Source of the DNA: Bdellovibrio sp.
GTDB taxonomy: Bacteria; Bdellovibrionota; Bdellovibrionia; Bdellovibrionales; Bdellovibrionaceae
Reading direction: 5' to 3'
Assembly: GCA_046318155.1 (NCBI GenBank)
Contig: JBKCUU010000014.1
Location: 1-40,017, forward strand
Length of the DNA stretch: 40,017 nucleotides
The notes beneath the pieces are model-generated. The model made no database searches. It saw only the letters and a list, made by a program, of their open reading frames with translations, and was not told the DNA's origin. A program made the position numbers and the translations under genes. Below are positions 33,860-40,017 of this stretch, piece by piece (within the stretch, counting starts at the first letter, position 1; each line of letters starts with the position of its first letter).

Positions 33860-34897
33860 CTAAGAACGGCGCAACTGGTTTTTACGGATTTGCCACTGCT
33901 CAAGGGCGTACTGGCGCATATCGGTGACGTGATCAAGCTCATCAACGATCTCAACGCCCAGCAGGGTCTCGACGGCATCTTCAAGTGTCACAAGCCCCGT
34001 TACGATCCCATACTCATCCACAGCCAAGGCCAGGTGTTCTTTACGCTTGATCAGCAGATCAAGAACAGAAGCCACGGTCATGCGTTCGGGGACGGATTGA
34101 ATGGGCGTGGTGATTTCGCGGATGCGAAGTTTGTGCTGATCATTTGAGAGCGCTTCGTGAATGCGGTAGCGCATGGTCATCCCGATGATGTTATCCAGGC
34201 TGTCATCGTAAACGGGGATCCGTGAAAAGCGGATCGGTTTGTATTTTTGGTGCACTTCTTCCACGTTCATGTCGGAATCCAGCGCAAAAAAGACCGACCT
34301 TGGCGTCATGATATCCGACACATAATGGCTGTTGAGCGTGAGTATATTTTTAATGATCGCTGATTCTTTGCGGTGAAGTGAGCCCTCTTCGACGCCGAGC
34401 TCGGCCGTGGCGATCATTTCTTCGCGGCTGACCAAGTTGACATCGGGCCGTTTAAACATGCGGCTCGCCGTTTCTGAAAGCCAGACGACCGGGTACAAAA
34501 TAAAAATATAGATTTGAATCACGTAAGCGGCCAGCGGCGCTAAGGCTTTCCAGTAGGTGCTGCCAATGATTTTGGGCACGATCTCGCAAAGAATCAAGAT
34601 CGCCATCGCCAGCATCCCCGACACGATGCTCACTCCCGTGTTGCCGTAATGCTCGTGAACAAGGGCTGCGATCGCGGCAGATCCCAAAGTATTTGAAATG
34701 GTGTTCATCGTCAGAATGGCCGTGATGGGCTTATTCACAGTTTCTTTAAGGTGTTCCAGGAGGCGGCCATAGCGTTTGCCGTCTTTGATCGCAAGAGCCA
34801 CGTACACGGGGCTGATCGACATGAACACCGCTTCTAGCAGGGCACAGGTAAAGCAAACAGCAACAACGAGAATGAAAAGTCCGACAATGGTACTCAT
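33860..34897 (-). CDS. CNNM (DUF21)-CBS domain membrane protein, CorB/TlyC-like
   Basis: EAVFMS, AILTMNT, EIVPK, VSDIMTPR, FSRIPVY, VDEYG..TGLVTLED..E.LLG.EIVDE. Confidence 0.95.
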   Translation of the reverse strand: MSTIVGLFILVVAVCFTCALLEAVFMSISPVYVALAIKDGKRYGRLLEHLKETVNKPITAILTMNTISNTLGSAAIAALVHEHYGNTGVSIVSGMLAMAILILCEIVPKIIGSTYWKALAPLAAYVIQIYIFILYPVVWLSETASRMFKRPDVNLVSREEMIATAELGVEEGSLHRKESAIIKNILTLNSHYVSDIMTPRSVFFALDSDMNVEEVHQKYKPIRFSRIPVYDDSLDNIIGMTMRYRIHEALSNDQHKLRIREITTPIQSVPERMTVASVLDLLIKRKEHLALAVDEYGIVTGLVTLEDAVETLLGVEIVDELDHVTDMRQYALEQWQIRKNQLRRS

Positions 34898-34993
34898 CTT
34901 TTAGAGATCCTCAGTCTACGAGACGGGGTGCCACTTAGTGAAGAGAGATTCGATAATGCAATGCAAGATTATGCCAGAGTGAGTCCCAAAATC

Positions 34994-35018
34994 AAAAGGC
35001 ACCTTGCGAGTGCCTTTT
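34994..35018 (-). terminator. intrinsic terminator downstream of fusA
   Basis: Minus strand AAAAGGCACT-CGCAA-GGTGCCTTTT. Confidence 0.75.
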
Positions 35019-35061
35019 CTATCTTATCTCTTTGTTTTTGTTTTGAAATCCTGCCGCGCAG

Positions 35062-35115
35062 GTCGCCCCAAAGGGGCTACAATCAACAGTCGCCCCAAAG
35101 GGGCGCAAATAAACA
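35062..35115. repeat. two tandem 27-bp palindromic units
   Basis: GTCGCCCCAAAGGGGC at 35062-35077 and 35089-35104, followed by TACAATCAACA and GCAAATAAACA respectively. Confidence 0.85.
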
Positions 35116-35177
35116 GGAAGCGTTACCGCTATCAACATCCTTGGAAGGAGTCGGAAAGCGGCACGACTTCATATCGA

Positions 35178-37286
35178 CTACTTGTTCTCGGCCGCGCGCT
35201 TCTCGGCGTACTTTTTAACAAGTTCTTCTTGGACGTTCCGAGGCGTGGGTGCGCGGTGAGAGAATTCCATCGAGAATTCGCCCTTTCCTTTTGTCGCCGA
35301 ACGCAAGTCTGTCGAGTAACCGAACATTTCGCTCAAAGGAACGTGGGCTTCGATGACCGCGTTGCCTTCAACCGAAGAGGTATTTTGGATCACACCACGG
35401 CGCTGATTAATCTGGCCAGTTGCGGGACCTTGGTACTCTTCAGGAACCGTTGTCTCAAGCTTCATGATGGGCTCAAGGACGATAGGTTTTGCTTTGGGGT
35501 ACACTTCACGCATGGCTGCCATCGAGGCAATTTTAAAGGCCATGTAGCTTGAATCGACATCATGGTAAGCGCCGTCATGCAGTTCGCAGCGAACACCCAC
35601 GATCGGGAAACCGATCAATGGACCTTTTGCGCACTGTTCAGCGAAACCTTCTTCAACCGCAGGGATAAATTCACGAGGAATACGTCCACCCACGACTTTG
35701 TTCTCGAACAAGAACGTTTTGCCGTCTTCTTGCGGCTCCAGCGGAGCGATACGGCCGACGACTTTGGCGTACTGACCCGAACCACCCGTTTGTTTTTTAT
35801 GCTGATAATCGTAATCCGCCGCTTGAGAAATCGTCTCACGGTAAGCCACCTGGGGCGCGCCGACGATCACTTCACAAGCAAATTCACGTTTCATGCGCTC
35901 GATGTAGATCTCGAGGTGAAGCTCACCCATTCCTGAGATGATGGTCTCGGCCGATTCTTCGTCACGTTTCACTCGGAACGTTGGATCTTCTTTACGGAAC
36001 TTCTGAAGCGCTTTCGAGAAATTGTTCGCCCCTGATTTCTCTTTAGGAGAAACCGCAAGCGAGATCACGGCATCAGGAACGTGCATGGATTGCATCGCAA
36101 AGTTCGAGCCTTCGTGAACAAAAGTGTCTCCCGAAGCGCAATCGATACCGAACATGGCAACGATGTCACCCGAGTGAGCGATCTCGATGTCTTCCATTTT
36201 GTCGGCGTGCATACGAACAACGCGTGGGATTTTAACCGAACGCTGATTGGTCGTATTGATGATGAATTCACCTTTTTGCAGCTGACCTTGGTAAACACGC
36301 ATAAATGTCAACTGACCAAATGGCGTATCTTGCAACTTAAACGCAAGGGCGACCAAGGGCTTTTTGTCGTCAGGAAACAACTCAACTTTAGCTTCGTTGT
36401 TGTCCAGATCAAGAGCGTGTTCTTTTTTCTCGTGGGGTGTGGGCAGGTAGTGGCCCACATTGTCGAGCAGGTGCTGGACCCCTTTATTCTTAAACGCAGA
36501 ACCGCAGCAAACGGGAACCAATTTAAGACCGATCACAGCTTTACGAGTTGCCGCGCGGATTTCGTCGATTGAAATCGGTTCTTCCATCAAGAATTTTTCG
36601 CCGATGGACTCATCGACGTCTGCAAGCTTCTCGATCAAGATCGTACGGTACGCTTCTGCGTCCGCTTTCATATCTTCGGGGATTGGGATCTCGGTGATGA
36701 TTTCGCCAGATTCACCTTCGTTGATAAACGCTTTCATCTGAACGAGGTCGACGATTCCCTTGTGTTGATCTTCAAGCCCAATTGGCAATTGGTACATCAC
36801 CGCATTGAGTTTGAGTTTCTCCACCAAGGCATCTTTCACGCGCAAAGGGTTGGCCCCTTGACGGTCTAATTTGTTCACGAATGCCAAACGAGGAACGCCG
36901 TAGCGTTTCATCTGACGGTCCACTGTGATGGATTGCGATTGCACACCGGCAACGCCGCAAAGAACGAGAACGGCGCCGTCAAGAACGCGGAGTGAGCGCT
37001 CAACCTCAACGGTGAAATCGACGTGCCCGGGAGTGTCGATCAAATTAATGGTGAAATTCTTCCAAGTTACTTGCGTACAAGCAGACTGGATCGTGATCCC
37101 TTTTTCGCGCTCAAGGTCCATGAAATCCATGGTGGCTCCGACGCCATCTTTCCCTTTTACTTCGTGAATCGCGTGGATTTTACCACCGTAGAAAAGAATG
37201 CGCTCCGACAGTGTGGTTTTACCCGAGTCGATGTGAGCGGAGATTCCGATATTTCGGACGAGATTAATATCCCACTTATTAGCCAT
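35178..37286 (-). CDS. fusA: elongation factor G (stand-alone, spirochete/delta-proteobacterial/mtEFG1 type)
   Basis: [52 protein letters not shown] at 37286 after GAGGA. Confidence 0.98.
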   Translation of the reverse strand: MANKWDINLVRNIGISAHIDSGKTTLSERILFYGGKIHAIHEVKGKDGVGATMDFMDLEREKGITIQSACTQVTWKNFTINLIDTPGHVDFTVEVERSLRVLDGAVLVLCGVAGVQSQSITVDRQMKRYGVPRLAFVNKLDRQGANPLRVKDALVEKLKLNAVMYQLPIGLEDQHKGIVDLVQMKAFINEGESGEIITEIPIPEDMKADAEAYRTILIEKLADVDESIGEKFLMEEPISIDEIRAATRKAVIGLKLVPVCCGSAFKNKGVQHLLDNVGHYLPTPHEKKEHALDLDNNEAKVELFPDDKKPLVALAFKLQDTPFGQLTFMRVYQGQLQKGEFIINTTNQRSVKIPRVVRMHADKMEDIEIAHSGDIVAMFGIDCASGDTFVHEGSNFAMQSMHVPDAVISLAVSPKEKSGANNFSKALQKFRKEDPTFRVKRDEESAETIISGMGELHLEIYIERMKREFACEVIVGAPQVAYRETISQAADYDYQHKKQTGGSGQYAKVVGRIAPLEPQEDGKTFLFENKVVGGRIPREFIPAVEEGFAEQCAKGPLIGFPIVGVRCELHDGAYHDVDSSYMAFKIASMAAMREVYPKAKPIVLEPIMKLETTVPEEYQGPATGQINQRRGVIQNTSSVEGNAVIEAHVPLSEMFGYSTDLRSATKGKGEFSMEFSHRAPTPRNVQEELVKKYAEKRAAENK

Positions 37287-37414
37287 AGAGGTCCTCTTGA
37301 GCTTAACCACCCCTTAATGGGGTCGTTCCATGTTGGTTTTAAGAACAATCGGGAGTATCATCAATCGGGCTTACTGGCAAAGTAAGTTGACCGAGGTCGG
37401 GGAGAGATAGCGCA

Positions 37415-38881
37415 GTGCAAAATATCGAGAGTTTGCGAGAGGTGATGCGAGCAAAGTTCGCTCTGCAGGAGTTCCGCGGACGGCAAGAGATCGTGTTTTC
37501 GCATTTACTCGCCGGGCGCTCAGGATTACTCGTGATGCCCACGGGTGGTGGGAAAAGTCTGCTGTATCAGTTGTGGGCGGCGGCGGATGCGGGGCTTGTT
37601 CTTGTGCTCTCACCCCTGGTCTCGCTGATGCAAGATCAGGTCGATTTGGCCAAGCAGATGGGGCTGCGGGCGACCTGTTTGAATGCCACGGTCCCTCGTG
37701 AAGAACGCGACCAGCGTTTGCGTCAAGTCGCTAGCGGACAAATTGAATTGCTCTTTGTTACGCCTGAGCGCTTTCGTCAACCAGAGTTCCGCGCGATCCT
37801 GCAGGCGCGCAGGCCGCGCCTGCTGGCAGTTGACGAAGCCCATTGCATCTCGGCTTGGGGCCATGATTTTCGTCCCGATTACACCCGGCTCGGTGAAATT
37901 CGCGAGCTTCTCGAGAATCCGCTCACCATTGCGCTGACAGCGACGGCAACCCCCGTCGTGCAAAAAGAAATCTTAAGTGAGCTGCGGATTGAAGATGGTT
38001 TTTGCGAGGTCGACTCGATTGAGCGGCCCGAGTTGGGTTTGCACGTTCACGAGTCGTATGGGCTTGATGAAAAAATCCGGCAGGTTGTTGGACTTCGGTA
38101 TCAAACTCAAGGTGCCGTGCTCGTTTATGGCTCTCTCATTTCGCCGCTTCATAACGGTGCCGATGAATGGGGGCGGGGGGGTCTCGGGCCGATGATTTAC
38201 CACGGTCAGCTTCGCGGCGGTGATCGCAAGCGCATCTTGCGTGAGTTTCAAGCCAGCCCCGATGCGCTGATGTTGGCCACGCCGGCCTTTGGCTTGGGAA
38301 TCAACAAGCCCGACATCCGCGCGGTCATTCATCTCGAGATGCCGCTCGCGATTGAATCCTACTTTCAAGAGGTGGGACGTGCGGGACGAGACGGACAGCC
38401 GGCCGCAGGTCATCTGCTTTTGGATGCCGACGATGCCACGATTCAAATGGATTTTATCAAGTGGGGCAATCCCGACGCGGGCTTTGTCAAGAGTGTGTAC
38501 CGTCTCATTGAGAACAACGCGCAACGGGCGGCGCAAGAAGGCGCGGATTATTTGCGCGAACAAATGAACTTTTACAACAAGCGCGATTTTCGAGTTGAAA
38601 CCAGTTTGAACCTTTTAGAAAAATGGGGCTGCTTGATCTTTGCCCAAAATCGACTGGGTTTTGAAGCCGAGCGCGAACCAACGGACGTCGACCTGGCAGG
38701 TTTAAAGACCGAACAACGCCTTCGCGTTCAGAACACCAAGCTTCATCAAATGCTCGAATGGGCGCGTAATACTCAAGCGTGCCGCATGGTGCGTATTCAA
38801 GAGTATTTTGGCGAGACCAAGCCTCAGGATTGCGGCCGCTGCGATGTCTGCCTTGCCCCGGCCAATTTCCAAGCAAAGTAA
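37415..38881 (+). CDS. recQ: RecQ-family ATP-dependent DNA helicase (short, no HRDC)
   Basis: MPTGGGKSL, DEAHCISAWGHDFRPDY, ALTATAT, QEVGRAGRDG, CR...YFGE...CGRCDVC. Confidence 0.93.
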   Translation: MQNIESLREVMRAKFALQEFRGRQEIVFSHLLAGRSGLLVMPTGGGKSLLYQLWAAADAGLVLVLSPLVSLMQDQVDLAKQMGLRATCLNATVPREERDQRLRQVASGQIELLFVTPERFRQPEFRAILQARRPRLLAVDEAHCISAWGHDFRPDYTRLGEIRELLENPLTIALTATATPVVQKEILSELRIEDGFCEVDSIERPELGLHVHESYGLDEKIRQVVGLRYQTQGAVLVYGSLISPLHNGADEWGRGGLGPMIYHGQLRGGDRKRILREFQASPDALMLATPAFGLGINKPDIRAVIHLEMPLAIESYFQEVGRAGRDGQPAAGHLLLDADDATIQMDFIKWGNPDAGFVKSVYRLIENNAQRAAQEGADYLREQMNFYNKRDFRVETSLNLLEKWGCLIFAQNRLGFEAEREPTDVDLAGLKTEQRLRVQNTKLHQMLEWARNTQACRMVRIQEYFGETKPQDCGRCDVCLAPANFQAK

Positions 38882-38897
38882 ACCGCTCTCTCGTGCC

Positions 38898-40017
38898 TTA
38901 GGCATCGAGAGAGAATTCGGTGTGCAGCTTTTCGGCTGCGGCCTGTAAGAACTTTTGTTCGATCACCGCACTGATTTTGATCTCGGAGGTCGTGACCAAG
39001 TGGACGGGAATCTGCTGCTCGCTCAAAACTTTGAAAAACCGCGCGGCAACGCCAGGATGATTTCTCATTCCCACGCCGACGACTGAAATTTTGGCCATTT
39101 GATCCGTGATTTTCTTGGCGATGCTCTGCCCGGCAAGGGCTTCGGTCAAAACTTGTTCCGTGAGCGGAAGATCTTCTTGCGTGACCGAAAAGGCCAGGCG
39201 CTGACCCTTTTCGAGTTGGTTTTGCGTGATGATATCGATGCTCACGCCGCGTGCTGCGAGTTTCGCGAATAACGTCGCCATAAAATCGGGACCCGCCGGA
39301 ACCGGCTGCAATTCAATGATAACAGTCGAAGCATCGTGAGTGACAGATGAGACCAGGGGATTTTCCACAATTTCTCCTTCGGGGACAATCCACGTGCCCT
39401 CGCGTTCAGCGAAAGACGTGCGGACGTGAATTTTTACATTGTACTTAGCGCCCAATTCGACCGAGCGGATATGCAGCACCTTTGAGCCGAGGGACGCCAT
39501 CTCCATCATTTCTTCGAATGAAATTTTATGAATTTCGCGCGCTCTTTTGACCAAGCGAGGGTCAGCCGTAAAAACGGCGGGCACATCCGTGTAGATCTCG
39601 CATTCGCGAGCTTTCATGGCCGCCGCAATGGCCACGGCCGACGTATCAGATCCTCCGCGGCCTAAAGTCGTAATATTGAGTTCGTTATCAACGCCTTGAA
39701 AACCGGCGATGATCGGAATCACATCTTTTTCAATTTCACTCATCAGGTGATTGGTCTTGATGTTGAGGATGCGCGCTTTTGAATACAAATTGTCGGTTTC
39801 AATTCCGAGCTGATACCCCAAATACGCCTTGGCTTTCGCCCCCCGCTTTTTCAGCGCAATGGCTAGTAAGGCGACCGACACTTGTTCGCCCGAGGCGACA
39901 AGCATGTCGTACGCGGGTCCGCGATAAGCGGGGTCGATTTGGTTTCCCAAGGCGACCAGCTTGTTCGTCTCACCAGCCATGGCTGAGGCGACCACGACGG
40001 GCCATTCGCCTTTTGAC
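38898..40017 (-). CDS. lysC: aspartate kinase (5' end outside the window)
   Basis: VVVASAM, ASGEQ, TTLGRGGSDTSA, IYTDV..VFTADPR, ACT domain SVVGVGM, TSEIKIS. Confidence 0.97.
   Translation of the reverse strand, partial: SKGEWPVVVASAMAGETNKLVALGNQIDPAYRGPAYDMLVASGEQVSVALLAIALKKRGAKAKAYLGYQLGIETDNLYSKARILNIKTNHLMSEIEKDVIPIIAGFQGVDNELNITTLGRGGSDTSAVAIAAAMKARECEIYTDVPAVFTADPRLVKRAREIHKISFEEMMEMASLGSKVLHIRSVELGAKYNVKIHVRTSFAEREGTWIVPEGEIVENPLVSSVTHDASTVIIELQPVPAGPDFMATLFAKLAARGVSIDIITQNQLEKGQRLAFSVTQEDLPLTEQVLTEALAGQSIAKKITDQMAKISVVGVGMRNHPGVAARFFKVLSEQQIPVHLVTTSEIKISAVIEQKFLQAAAEKLHTEFSLDA

Noticed and set aside
35062..35115. Mini CRISPR array
   Set aside because: Only two 16-bp units, the 11-nt intervening sequences resemble each other, and there are no cas genes.
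38120..38195. Odd Gly-rich stretch in RecQ (YGSLISPLHNGADEWGRGGLG)
   Set aside because: It looks like a helicase motif IV helix corrupted by G-biased miscalls. More likely low-quality consensus than biology, which also cautions against over-reading the motA lesions.

Overview
A gene-dense bacterial chromosome segment, mostly housekeeping. Gene content and protein style (stand-alone spirochete/delta-type EF-G, TopA with C-terminal repeats, many secreted hypothetical proteins) suggest a Bdellovibrionota-like predator, but this is inference. The first ~1.07 kb is the end of an element integrated next to the 3' end of tRNA-Pro(TGG), carrying an excisionase-type HTH gene and a truncated Cap4/DUF4297-like nuclease. 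Next come an unusual divergent rpsR / rpmB-rplX cluster, a nitrilase-family hydrolase, ETF-QO, an RlmL-like methylase, lpxD, infA, tex, a secreted lytic transglycosylase, two HAD proteins, topA, prc, 2-oxoacid dehydrogenase E1 alpha/beta and a methyltransferase. A broken motA is joined to a coiled-coil protein. A candidate trans-envelope lipid transport locus follows (MMPL-LolA-like fusion, a 500-aa periplasmic protein, two outer-membrane barrels), then pyrE, a CNNM/CBS protein, fusA, recQ and partial lysC. Best leads: (1) the MMPL-LolA locus, whose transporter appears to lack the proton-relay aspartates; (2) the displaced, divergent ribosomal-protein cluster with a pseudoknot-forming leader; (3) the motA/coiled-coil junction; (4) a palindromic repeat downstream of fusA. 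Family calls come from motif recognition only, with no database searches. Some lesions could be assembly or base-call artefacts.
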